Origin: Balanoglossus misakiensis
Taxonomy: Eukaryota; Animalia; Hemichordata
NCBI GenBank assembly: GCA_040954595.2
Contig: CM082598.2
Span: forward strand, 4,851,097 to 4,915,096
Direction of reading: 5' to 3'
DNA: 64,000 nt
Shown here piece by piece: positions 11,780 through 24,516 of the stretch. The position numbers and the translations under genes are program-made. The notes below the pieces were generated by a model. The model had not been told where the DNA came from and searched no databases. It worked only from the letters and a program-made list of their open reading frames with translations. Numbering within the stretch: the stretch's first letter is position 1; every line of letters begins with the position of its first letter.

Positions 11780-13387
11780 ATGATGTTCAGAATTGCTGGC
11801 GGGAATTTCCCCTTCTTCGCCTTGCTCGTACTAAGCTTCTGCGTTTTCGGAAAGGGCGACGTGGACACTGGTGATGAGGCAGACGTCGAAGATCTGGGTG
11901 CGTTACCTTTATTAATTAGTTGTCACAATTTAGATGGTGAAACTGTCTGAATACAATACTCGTTGGTTGCAGTTGTTATCTGTTGCGGTGTTCATATTTA
12001 GGTATCACTGACGTATCATTTAATGCACAGTTACAAGTACAAACACGTCACTTCCTTTCTATTATAGGTGAAGACGTGGACGAAGTTGATGTTCATGACG
12101 TGTCACACTTCTGGAAGATGGTAAGATGTGCCACACAGAAGTCGCCACTGATATTCATGAACTACGGATGTTACTGCGGAATCGGTGGAAAGGGAAAACC
12201 AGTGGATTCCATAGACAGGTAGATATAACCATTTCTGTGTGTGTATATGTGTGTGTGTGTATGCATGTGTGTGTGATTGTACGTGTGTATGTATGTATGT
12301 ATGTATGTATGTATGTATGTATGTATGTATGTATGTATGTATGTATGTATGTATGTATGTATGTATGTATGTATGTATGTATGTATGTATGTATGTATGT
12401 ATGTATGTATGTATGTATGTATGTATGTATGTATGTATGTATGTATGTATGTTATACGTACGTACGGTATGCATGGTTGGTTTGGTAATGACATATAAAG
12501 GCGTTTGTAGTTTGGCGTCATATCATTTTTGAACACTTTGACCCCATTAGTTTTATATCATCAGTAGGGTCGTATGTGTGGCAATTTTAACTCTTCTACG
12601 TGTAATTTACAATTCAATTCTTCCTTGCAGTTGTTGTCAAGCTCGCGACCAATGTTACGAAGGTGTCATACAGAATACCAAAGCTGGCTGCAAACATGAA
12701 CGTCTATACTTCGTAAAATACCAGACAACAGGATGTACCGAATGCAGTGAGTTATTTACAATTATTTTGTCAGCATTTACACCATTGTCACACTCTACCA
12801 TTGACTTCTGTTGTGTCATGACTATCACCACCCGTATCCAAAATATGATTAAAGTTAGATGTAGGGAAAGGCGGGGTATTTACCTTTGATTTGCTTGGTC
12901 TCTGCTGTCAGCGTTCTGTCGCTGCCGCGTGGCTCTGCTGTAGGCTGTCTCGTCCAATTCGCGCGCTTACAGGCAGCCAATGAAATTGTGTTTGACAAGC
13001 GGATGGACCGCGTGAAACAAAAACAACACGAATTGCACAAATCAATATGGCGACCAGTGTGTAGCGACCGTAGTCCCGTCCCATGCAACTTGTAAGACAA
13101 TGTCTGATTGGTTAAAACTTCTGCTACATGCACTGGATTTGGACAGGCGCCTTTACGTCTGATTTTAATCATATTGTATCTGCACCTAATATCGGGGCAG
13201 CTCAAAACATAAACTCTCGTTTCTTTTATAATTAGGTTCCCTAGACTCATACGGAAGTGACGTCAAGTATGCCGAATGCAGGCACGCCATCTGTCAGTGT
13301 GATTCGGTTGCTGCCGAGTGTTTCGCGAAGAACCGATACAACAAAGAGTTCGTCGGTTACAAGTGGAAACGCCCAACTCGCTGTTGA
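11780..13387 (+). CDS. Secreted phospholipase A2 homolog (group I/II/V/X fold) with His48->Arg
   Basis: Exons 11780-11897, 12068-12218, 12631-12746, 13236-13387. Signal peptide, acidic propeptide, YGCYCGIGG Ca2+ loop, DSCCQARDQCY and ICQCDSVAAECF. Confidence 0.9.
12286..12452. repeat. (TATG)n microsatellite
   Basis: Pure tetranucleotide run in PLA2 intron 2. Confidence 0.98.
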
Positions 13388-13874
13388 AGAAGGTTGAAAT
13401 TCTGAGTGTGGACTATAGCATGTAAGCCACGATTCAGAGAGTTTATCTGTTAGCTGGTTCATAACCATGTGCTTAAATACAAGTAATAAATAGAGTTCAT
13501 ATACATAAAGAACGTGTTCTGTTCTGTTATATTACGTTATGGATACAACTTGTATGACCAAAATGACCGTGTGTTGATCAACAGAGAATTTTATTCCGCA
13601 ATAAAAGGACAGTTGTCCATAGCCCCAAATTAACACAAAATACTAGTGCAACGGCATGATTGGTGACAAGTTCAGATACAAGATGGAAACATTGGCAATC
13701 ATCCAGTTGGTTGAAATTTGACGTTGGCGATATTGTGACGGAAGAAGACTCGCATCGCGTACGACAGAAAATTTAGAAATTCATCTGGATCACGATATAC
13801 CGTTTTGGGCATATGAACATGTACGGCTGCTGTTTCAGCTCAAGTCACTGATTCGAAATGGAAACATGCTGTAT

Positions 13875-14919
13875 CTAACATTTGCGTTTATCATAGCCTT
13901 TGTATTGGCTGTTGTAGTTGTTCCTGGCGAAGCAAGTCGCAGCTATGGCGTCACATCGACATACGTCATAACTGCATTGTTTGTACGGACGAAAGAAACC
14001 GTAAGACGAAACAGGATCTGTTGGAGTAATAGTTGAAGCAAAACAACATTGAACATCTTCTCATCCAACAAAGCCAAATAAAACAATTAAATTATAATAC
14101 GTAAGTGTTGAGCTACTAGACTTAAAGAGTGACGATTTGAAATACGTTACATGTAAGAAACATATACTCACAGCAGTAAGTACAGGATGATGATTTGTAT
14201 AAAACCACATACGGGTACCAAGATGGACATCCATCACGTATAGCTTGACTGTAACAATTGTCATGGGCTTGACAGCACCTGCAAAGTGACGACCAATATT
14301 ATAAATACTTTGTTGCTACTCTACAGTAACCAGAATGGTACCAAATCTAAGCTTTTGTTACTGGACATGGTAACTCTAAAACGGTAGGTTTTTTCCGCAA
14401 TGGTATCTTCTGCCTACCTGTCCACACCATCAACTGGCGTCCCTCCGCCGCCTTTTCCGCAGTGGCAACCGTAGTTGTTGTAGTCCAGAGCGTTTCGTCC
14501 CGTTTCGCAGTTTATCATGACTGCGAAATGCAAAAGCGAACTCGTGTTCATGTCATCGACGGTGTCGCCTGGCAGGAAAAAGAACAGCGATTCAGAAATA
14601 TGCCCCACAATTACAGTTTCAACGTGACTGTCGTTTCCTGTTCTTTCTGACAGCTTCTCTCAACGATTTCATATCCTCTCTTATGAGGTAAATTCTAAAC
14701 CACAATATCACACAGAAGAGAACACAATTTCATTTAACATATCTTAAACCTCTCTCCCCCTCTCCCTCCCCCAGCTTGCCCCTCTCCAATATCTGAAACA
14801 TGGCCGTGGAAATAGCTCTACATACCGGCATCATCCACCTCCGTTACATTGGTGCATGATGCAAAGCCAACGAGCAGGAGAAACGACAAGCCGTAGCGTA
14901 GAACCGCGTCGAATACCAT
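13875..14919 (-). CDS. Secreted phospholipase A2 (catalytic His-Asp intact)
   Basis: Exons 14919-14826, 14568-14418, 14278-14172, 14017-13875. Signal peptide, YGCHCGKGG, DRCCQAHDNCY and VCRCDAIAATCF. Confidence 0.9.
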
Positions 14920-16361
14920 ATTGTCTTCCACACAGCTCTAGGGTGTCAACACAGTCAGCGAAATCTACCGTTCATGCATTTATTCAACGGATTTATATTG
15001 TTTCGAGATTTTATAATTTACAACTTTCATCGACGAATACATGACGAAACTTGAAATTTCCCTGAATCCAGGCATTTCCCCCCCCTAATTGCAATAAACC
15101 ATTCTAACTTTATTTACAAGCAAACTGTTTTACAATCATATCATTCAACGGATAAACATGACCAACACAAAAGTTCTCTTTAAGCGCGCTATTTATAATA
15201 TTTTATTTCAAACGATAGTGACAGAAAATAAACACAGTTTTCAGTCGGATGTAGTTTTAGTCTAATCAGGCATACATTCAGACCTTTTGGAAGTTTTAAA
15301 TTTGGTGTACTATATTTATAAATCATATTTTTCTGGGTTAAAACTGTTAATCATTTGTAAAGACATTGAAACGTAGGCGTTCAGTTAAAAGGGAACAATT
15401 TAAAACTATATATGTCCGAATATGAGTTGACATTGGGGCGCATGCGCAATGAACGCCGTCATTTTTTTGCCCCTCGAAGCCTGAAGCGCGCGCAGTACGC
15501 AGATCTTCAGAATAAACTTGCATGAATCTTGTCTTTGCAACTCGCAGTTTGGTATTTTATAGTTAGAAGTGCATCTTGGATCTGGTTTTTGTTACATCGC
15601 CTTAAACACGACCTTTTCACGGCAACTGTTTCTACGCTGGGTGGAGGTAGCTAATGACTCTGACTAGCGAGAATTGCAATATGTTCTGGTGGGTGTGTAG
15701 GCGTACTGGTCCCGTGCAAGATCACGCCAGGGTAATAAACAAACATTAAACAAGCCAGGAAGCAAGGCAATGGCCGCATGGTGCCGGATAGCAAAAATTA
15801 GAATGTGCATTGAGCATGAAAAATCAACAATCCTGCTGTTTGCCGCTCGATTATTCTAACACAATTAGGTATTTTATTTATTGCCAACGAGTGTTTACTT
15901 CGTAAATGTATGTTTGGTACGTGTAGGCCTAACACTCATTAATGTTCGAAGCTCACGACTTGCAAAGGTTGGCTTCGCTTAATAATTTATAATACCGCAA
16001 CGGTTAATTGGATATTTTTTATTTCACATTGACATCGAATTATAGAAAAAATATGTGAAGATGAAAAGCAATTCTCTGATAGCTGCCTGGGTTATTGATA
16101 ATACCCCATGCTCCGTATCGGTCATGTGACCAAATCTGACATGCGCACTCGCGAAACATCGCCAAATCGCCCGCGCATACATAAATTAAAAGTTCCGACC
16201 AATCACGGACCACGAATTGACAAAGTTTGACTACACAACAGTGACGATGGCTAAACTTGCTTTCACGGGTAAACCATCTGAATTCAAATAATTTTTCATC
16301 ATCGAAAACATATACACCACTGTCTCAAGAAGAAAGACTGTTCAGTAGCCAACTGTGGGCG

Positions 16362-16863
16362 CTATACACACAGATCAGTATCATAGAATTTATAGTCATC
16401 GTTATAAGTGTCTAGGTTTCTGCCGAGGCATTCTGCCAGGTCTTTGTCGCAGTTACAAATCTCCGCTTTACAGAGAGCGTTTCTCTCTCCGTCATACTGT
16501 GCAACAGTTTCTGAAAGGGGAAAACATGCCAATTAAGTATTACATTCACTCTTGCAACTAATAACAGATGACCTGGCTTTCGATAACTGTTTCCAACGAC
16601 AGCAATGAAATCAAACGAAACCAGAAATATCAGGTACTTATACACTTATACATTTTACTTACTGCATTCTATCTGTGCATCCGGGGACCCGCAGTTTCTG
16701 CTTTCAAAGTCGTAGACCGTTATGTACAGTTCAAGAGTGAAGCAGTCATCATTGTCATCAAACGTCGCGTAGCATCTATCATGATTCTGACAACACCTGA
16801 ATATCAAAAAACGGGGGAAAATGTGTATACATTGATTGATTGATTGATTGATTGGTTGGTTGG

Positions 16864-16894
<31 letters not shown>

Positions 16895-18341
16895 GTTGGT
16901 TGGTTGGTTGGTTGGTTGGTTGATTGATTGATTGACTGACTGACTGACTGACTGACTGACTGAAAGCTCTGGCCTACACAACAATGTCCGGCATTAGCCT
17001 CGGAAAATTGATTTCACTTATGAAAAACTTATATACAGCGCACTCAATACACAAAAGAGAACACAAATTTGTCACAATACCATTATTTTCATATTGCTAT
17101 CCTCGGTTTTCATAATAATCCCCAAAGTCATCGGTTTAAATCTGATATGAGGGCTGCTAGATGGTTCTGACTAGGTTTGTTGATTGATAGGTGGTACTGT
17201 TTTCAAATAAAAACGCTTACCTGTCAATGGCGTCTAATGGCGTTCCCGAACCTCCTATTCCGCAGTAACAGCCATAGTTGTTGTAATCAATTGCACTCCC
17301 AATGAGTCCACTGTCTGTTGTACAGTCAATCATCTCGCCTAAACCAATAAGACCACGAGCCTTCCGAATGTGTGGGCTGCTCTGCACCATAGATGGCGCT
17401 CCATGAATAAAAACCAAAGAATTACTATCATAACAATAGACCACGGGCCTTCCGAATGTGTGGGCTGCTCTGCACCATAGATGGCGCTTCGTGAATAAAA
17501 ACAAAGGAATCACTATCATGTGGGTTGCTCTGCACCATAGATGGCGCTACACGAATAAAAACAAAAGAATTACTATCATAACGATTATGGTGGCACCTCT
17601 TCACAGGTATAGGTGGGTAATTTGCAAACGAAAGCAGGACGGCCGTTTCATGCCAACAATGGGGGCGTCAGAGTTTTACGAGGGTGGTAAAATATTCCAT
17701 CTTTAAATTCATTGTTTGGTTTGATAATGGCTGTTTCGTAACCGTCTTTATCATCGTCGACGTTGTGATTACACGTGTTTTTTTGCGGGTAGACATTATT
17801 CTCAGATGATCGTTCCTTTAATTCGCAGCCTTTTTTCCTCTATCATAATACACAACTTTATAACCCACGGGACATCTATCTATCTATCTATTGATTTTCT
17901 TTCGTGTGTGAATATTGAATATTTGCTTATATTGTTGATTCTTAGAGTTGCTCCTGCGTGTAGGCTCAAAGATGACATACAAACATGTCACGACATATTA
18001 TTTTCAGTTTCATAAATCATGTTTGGGTGTGGGCACAAACATGTATGAGTATGCCATTCGATAAATCATATATGTACGCATTGTGTTGACAACTATCCAC
18101 ATACTAGCTGTTTCAATAAACTTTTTGCGTACAAAAGAAAATAGATAATGTACAGAAGAAATATCAGAAGATATTTGAGCCTGAAACAGAGTACATGTAC
18201 ATGTATAGAATTCCAAAGCAGCTTACCTTGCGCCACGACGAGAGCCAGAACGACAAAATGGCGTGTCTGAATCTTCACAGACGACAAAATGTTCTGTCGT
18301 TCGTGACTGTTGTCACCGGCAATTTCGCGCGTTCGGCCCAT
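16362..18341 (-). CDS. Secreted phospholipase A2, acidic, with propeptide ending RKAR (5' end uncertain)
   Basis: Probable exons 18341-18227, 17398-17221, 16796-16663, 16510-16362. HIRKAR|[33 protein letters not shown] and [12 protein letters not shown]. The first exon and the exon 2 acceptor are inferred. Confidence 0.8.
16830..16962. repeat. Compound (ATTG)n/(GTTG)n/(ACTG)n microsatellite
   Basis: Directly visible tetranucleotide runs. Confidence 0.95.
17370..17580. repeat. Tandem triplication of the PLA2 exon 2 acceptor region
   Basis: TGGG(C/T)TGCTCTGCACCATAGATGGCGCT...GAATAAAAAC.AA.GAAT.ACTATCAT occurs three times. Confidence 0.9.
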
Positions 18342-19288
18342 GGTGACATTTGACAGTCGGTGAGTGAAATAACCACAACGCCAGACTATATGACTTAATC
18401 ATTGGTATGAGGGCCGGTTAATCATATTTGAATATCTGCATATCTTTGTCGTAATAATACGTTCCCATTTTGGCAACAACGCCGAAAGAAATCAACCCGC
18501 TTCTTTCACTGCGAGATTTCAACCAACATGGCGCCTTACACTCACATTTTTCGCGTTTCCCAAAATAGTTTCTAATTTGCCAATCAATTATAATACAATA
18601 TGCCCGGATGACACTGCCTTCCAACGTCTTTGGTACGTGTCTGCTGGTATACATTGACTCTGGTATTTTTTGTACCATACTACACACTGTCGACTCCGGC
18701 CCATGCAATCTCCCTCTCTCTCTATCCCTCCATACAGATAGACGGACAAACAGCCGGTCCGTCTCAGACAACGTGACGAGAATTTTAACACTTTCTGACA
18801 GAAAGATGCCACATTTGTTAACAATTTAAATAATAGACAGTTTTGCAGTTTACAGAATTCGTCCTCACTTTATTTTACAATGGAATGACTAATTTTACGA
18901 GATGAAGCAAGTTCCTCTTGTTGTTCCTTCATCCGCTGCACATGTGTTAAACATTTTGGAAGGAACGCATTTTAAGAACTATATATGAAAACTATAAAAA
19001 TTGTACTGTAAACACATCATGTAAAACCATGGCATCTGAAGCGTTCGCGATTTGACGATAACAGAAAGCTCAATACCACGTTATCGTTCACAGCGACGAA
19101 AAAGTGAGATTTCAATGGATCTCTCGAGTCGTGCACTCTAGTTTTGCGTTCCGAGAATTTCCATTGAATGATTGTCGACGCGTTCGGGTGAGACGATCCG
19201 TCCTAATACATCAAGGTTTTTGCAACAAGATGGCTGATGCTGACCGCTGATCTGATTGGCGGACACTTCCGACCAATCCAAGCGGCCC

Positions 19289-20564
19289 TCACGATGACGC
19301 AGAATTCAGCCTCGTTTTCGAGGCGCGGAACGACAAGAAGTCTCTGACGGCCCTTTTCATCTGCGAGGCGGAGCTCAGCTTTCTCCCTTCCAACCGCTTC
19401 ATCCTGAGCTCTCGCACGGCATTCCGGAAGAGTTCCGTGACGAGAGGAATCTGCTGCCCGTCCATGGCCGACACTTCGTAAAACGGACACCCAATGGCGT
19501 CGGCAAGTCTGTCGCCGTCATTCTGCGTCACTTCACGATAATGTTTCAAATCGTTCTTGTTGCCGACCAAAATGGCCGCCACAAAACCGGATTGTCGGTT
19601 TGCTCTAATATCTTTCCACATTTGTTCGATTTGTTCAAAACTAGTCCTGTCTGCAATTGAATATACCAACATAAACGCTTCTGCCCACGAAGTCTGACCG
19701 TCTCTGTAAACGTTGCCAACCTACAAAGAAACAAATTGGCAAGACTTCTTGAAAAACGACGACGTGGATTTAGAAAACTTTCTGTACAACTAGATGCGCA
19801 TGGCTTTAACGTTATATGTGCTACATAAAATTAACTCACATCACCAGCTGTATCGAGTATCTCCATGGCAACCTCATCATCATCAACAGTAGTTCTGTAT
19901 CTGTGCGTAGTTTCTGAAATGAATTCAATTACGTCAGGAATGTACAATGTTATCTGATATTTTGTTTTTAAATGAATAATTACGTTTTGGAGACAAAGGC
20001 TGTGTGTTTTGCTCTTTAAGAATAATTATGTTAAATCTATAAATACAGACTGCAATGCTAAGATTCATTCCTGGCATTTCGATCATGCTTTAGACAGAGT
20101 CGACCATGAAATTACCGATAGCCTAATTGCAAAACTTACAAATAATATTGTTTAAATGAAGTATTGTGTTAATTGAAACTATACTGCACATTAACGTACC
20201 TAGCGTTGGGTGGTATTCGCCTATAAACCTCCGTGTTAAAAATCGTACTGTCAATGCTGTGAAAATGTAAAAATTAGGTTAAATTTATTGTAATATTTCT
20301 ATATTCAAAACACTTTATTTCTTCGAATGAGAAACGCCCCCAAACGTTATTTTATAAAAACAAAAGAACCCTGGAAATGTGTGTCATAGAGGGCAACATC
20401 AACATACCGGTCTTTCCGACACCAGAGGCGCCAAGAACGACTATCTTGACCGCACTACATGTGGACGACCTCCGCCTTTCCCTTGTATAATTGACCAACG
20501 AGGTCTCAGATTTGCTGTGACGTAATTCAGGCTTGCCTTGGCGCAGTGACTGCGACCTGAACAT
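19289..20564 (-). CDS. Ras-family small GTPase, RERG/RASL11/RASL12-like
   Basis: Exons 20564-20408, 20256-20200, 19913-19840, 19720-19289. GASGVGKT, LTVRFLTRRFIGEYHPTLE, ILDTAGD, LVGNKND and FYEVSA; no CAAX box. Confidence 0.92.
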
Positions 20565-22212
20565 GGTGTTGACCGTGACGTCACTGCGCGCAGTCGACGA
20601 CTGAATTCTACAGAATGTCCTACTTGTGTACCTGGTCGCGTTATGCTGATTTACAGTTGTGTACCGACATCGAGAAATATAGCATACTGTTACCTAGAAG
20701 ACAAAAATATGTCTTGAGAACTCAGAAATCATGCAATCAACGTTTAATAAGCATAACCGTTATAAAAAATATGTACTGATTTGTGAAAAAAGTGATTTAA
20801 CATTGTTGTATTCACATGTATTGCGTGATTATCTGTACCGACAGGTTAGAAACAGCATGGAATTTAGTAGACACATAGATGCTCATATAGTCTTGTCGTG
20901 TCACCACGTGCGTCCCACAATTCTTTTATTGCGGAACACCTGCATGTCGTGTCGAAAAATGGACGGGGGGGGGGGGGGTCAATGCGGAAAAATATAAACC
21001 GAATACACGAACAATGCAATTGCTGCAGAGACCACCACGTGAATTACGAGCACGTGGACGATTCATCAAAAACATAAGACGCCACCGTAACCAGGGCAAC
21101 ACATCACAAGCTTTGTAAGTTCAAATATGTCTCGACGACCTGTCGAGGATTGTATCGCGCGTTGCATATCGCGCAGCAACGACTAAGAGCCACCAATGTC
21201 AACCCTATGTCAAGTGCACCCCAAGTAGTTTACTTAGGACCACTTCACTCGTCTGTTAACAAAAACTATTACAATTAGTCCATCTGACAGGGAAAAAATA
21301 ATGGGATTCCGAATCGATATCTGGAAACTTTGGACGTGAAGGCGATTACCGCTCATAATTCGCTCGATACCACACAATTCTTTGCATTCTTTTTTCGCTA
21401 GACAGTGACGTCACCGTGACGGCACGTATATTCTATCATCGCGTGCAGAGAGTTCGCTGTGTTGTGATTTTTCCCACAGTCAACTGCCGAAGGCATGCAT
21501 GGGGCCCGTGTTATGCTAGCACGTCACGCCTAATTACAGATATAGTTTAAGTGCTCCGAAACAGCCTGCAACATGCTTGTTGCAGCACTACGTGTTGCGT
21601 CATGGGAACAGCGCGCGCGCGTTGATTTCATTGGTCCTCCTTGAAATTGACGCGACTGGTCCCTTCCGAAACAAATCAAATCTCGTCGTCTGCGTGGTAA
21701 CTTGAAAATATTCTAATGAGGGTGACAGGAAACATGAAGATATGGGGTGTTAACGGTAGAAGGGTTATACATGTAGTTGTTTTATCAGTAGAACATGGTT
21801 GTTCTCAGCTCCACGTAATCTGAACGCGATTCTGCTCAATTTCCAATCTTATCTCTCGTGAAGTTAGGCCTAATACACCGTTCGTTGGCATTTCCCGACG
21901 CGACTGTGTGGCAGGGTCATGTTTGCCAGTGACCTTTTTGTCATAATCATCGCGATAACAATAACGAAATCGATAGTCACCCCGAACGATTTTAAATGCT
22001 TGGATCTGCCCAGGGGACAAGCTTCATCCCATCATCACGTCTGTCGGTTTATTTTTCTTTCGTGTCCTCGAAGTCTGTGCGTCCACATGTGTTACCGTCT
22101 GTCGCTTTACCCGTGGTTTTAGATTCAAGTCTTGCCTAGATCGTGGCATCGCAAGAAATTGTCGTTCAACACAAGCTACAACATTTTGTACCCAACTGAC
22201 ATTGCTCTTCAG

Positions 22213-22328
22213 ATCTCTCTCTCTCTGTCTGTCTCTCTCTCTTTGTCCAGCTCTCTCTCTCTCTCTTTATCTCGCTCTCTCTCTCTCTCTCCTCTCTCTC
22301 TGTCTTTCTCTCTTTCTCTCTCTCTCTC
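22213..22328. repeat. (CT)n low-complexity tract
   Basis: Directly visible. Confidence 0.9.
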
Positions 22329-24392
22329 CATCGCTGTAACTTTCCTCCATACCCCACTCGACACCACAACGATGCCAAGAGCAAGGGCGTCTCTGGCTCC
22401 CCGAAGTCGGCAACCACTTTCGGTTCAGTGTTTTCCAGTCACTAACCCTAATTTGTGTGTTCCGCTTCAATCAATTATGCATACTTCCACTCTGGACGTT
22501 TGCAAAGAAGGTCTCTTCCATTGACCCGTTTGTTTGCGTGTTTGCGTTGTCATTCGTCCGTCTCGCACAGAGAGTTTTTACATCCGTCAGACCGTCTCCG
22601 TCTGTCTACCCACCTGTCGGCCGCACTGTTTCGATCAAACCGTCTGTCGCTCTGCCGTTTTCCGACCGTTCATCCTCGCAAGATTCGGCCGCTCAATTGT
22701 TTTCTAACGTCCCGAAGGTCACACGCCATCCGATGCCGCATCCACGTTGATGAATACACCCGTTGTGTGTTTGTTATCTCCTCCGCGGCGGTCCAGCGCT
22801 CAGTAAACTCGTGGTGTGGGCCGCATGCACGCACTGTTGCGTATCGCGTCTGCCAAGTCGCGGTCAGCGCGCGACGTACCGCGCATGCGCGCAACTGTAA
22901 TTCCCCAACACGGATAAATAAACCGTTCTAAAAATAGGCAAACTGACCCACGATATCGTGGCTGAAGTTTCACCCTCCTTTGTTGATACACGTAATGAGC
23001 TCGCACGTCTAGAAACACTTAACAAATTGATTGTATTCCAAACGGTTACAGTTTATTTTGTAAACACTTTGAGCGCACGTTTCGGACCGCGTGACTTTCG
23101 CGGAATAAATTACTTGCTGGTTTCTAAGAGAGGGGGCGAACATGAACAGTTGCCGACACGTTCGCTGTCTGGCTGTCGATAAAAGGGGGCACTGAGAAAA
23201 GACAACACATCAATTCTCATGAATATTACGTCGTGGGCGTTATTTGAAGGGCGGTATTATCATACATCTCGATCAAAACACATGTTCATGACATGCGACC
23301 GAAAACTTGTCTGACGGTGTTTGAACCAAGTATGTCGACAGCCCGAGGCTGATATTGAGAAGGGCTCGAATCTACGATCTACGGTGCCGGATTTGTTTTG
23401 TTTTGGTTGTTTGTTTGTGGACAAGAATTTTCAAGTAATATTTAGTAATATTTGAGATATCCTAAAGTTTTTGATACGATCCCACTTGTGCAATGAAACA
23501 GACCCTTTCTTTGCAATGGGGACCACACAGACTCAGCAATGCTGCGTCCACCGTTGGGTCTATGTCCACCAATCGTCACAGCAAAAACTAACAAAACACA
23601 GCCATTATTTATTGACAAACAAGCATAAACACATACGTAGCTCTCTATCGCTTCTGTATGACATAAACAAATCATACATAGCACTGAAAAATGAGGCCTG
23701 GATTTTATTCTCATAATTGCAGCCATTTCGTCACCCCCGGCAACTTTGGCCAACAGCCTGAGGGAACTGACTAGGAATAGGGCTGGTTGTTGGTGCTTGT
23801 TGTTATTGCCGTCTAATAATATTGAAGAAGACGACCACGTTCTTCGACAACAACAGCTACAACGACAACAACAACAAGACTGACAAATACGACAACATCT
23901 CATTGAGTCCAATTTCTCTGTGATTGGCCAGCACGGTCTCCAATCACCATGATTAATTCGCGATGGCTAAGCTCTACAAACAAGAACAAGTACGGTTACA
24001 TGTTTTTTAAAACCCCGTCACTGATAAATAATAGCGGCACTTCCCACAGTTCATCTGCGCGCAAACAAACGCGGTGCCAAGGTATGGTTTCTGTTAGACC
24101 CAGCTAAGCCACGGTGTCATATCCGGGTGTCAAAAAGTCAGTCCGCAGCTAATCACAACACGGCTCTCTATAAACAGCGGCGTGTGCGCTGGTAAAATAA
24201 AGGAGATTTGTATGTCTGTGCTTAGACCCCAGGGAGAGGGTCTATGGTCTGTGGTTCAACGGGCGGTTAGCCAACTGTTGTGAATGGCCATCTTTGCTTG
24301 CCAAGGTCTCTTGAATTGTCCGTGAAGTCGGATGCTCCCCCGTGAAAACAGACAGTTATTTGGTCGTATGTGTATATGTATATTACGCTTCT

Positions 24393-24456
<64 letters not shown>

Positions 24457-24516
24457 CCACCACCACCACCACCACCACCACCACCATCATCGTCGTCGTC
24501 GCCATCGTCATCATCA
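24393..24516. repeat. (CAT)n/(CAC)n/(CGT)n trinucleotide microsatellite
   Basis: Directly visible. Confidence 0.95.

Noticed and set aside
12103-12536. YIHT/MYVC-repeat ORFs
   Set aside because: Translations of the (TATG)n microsatellite.
18106-18180. Possible extra hydrophobic PLA2 exon ([16 protein letters not shown])
   Set aside because: Splicing it to the upstream phase-1 donor gives an immediate stop, and I found no ATG in the compatible frame.
23442-23912. Metallothionein-like Cys-rich ORF
   Set aside because: The cysteines come from the antisense of an (ACA)n-like tract; the start is non-ATG and there is no supporting gene structure.
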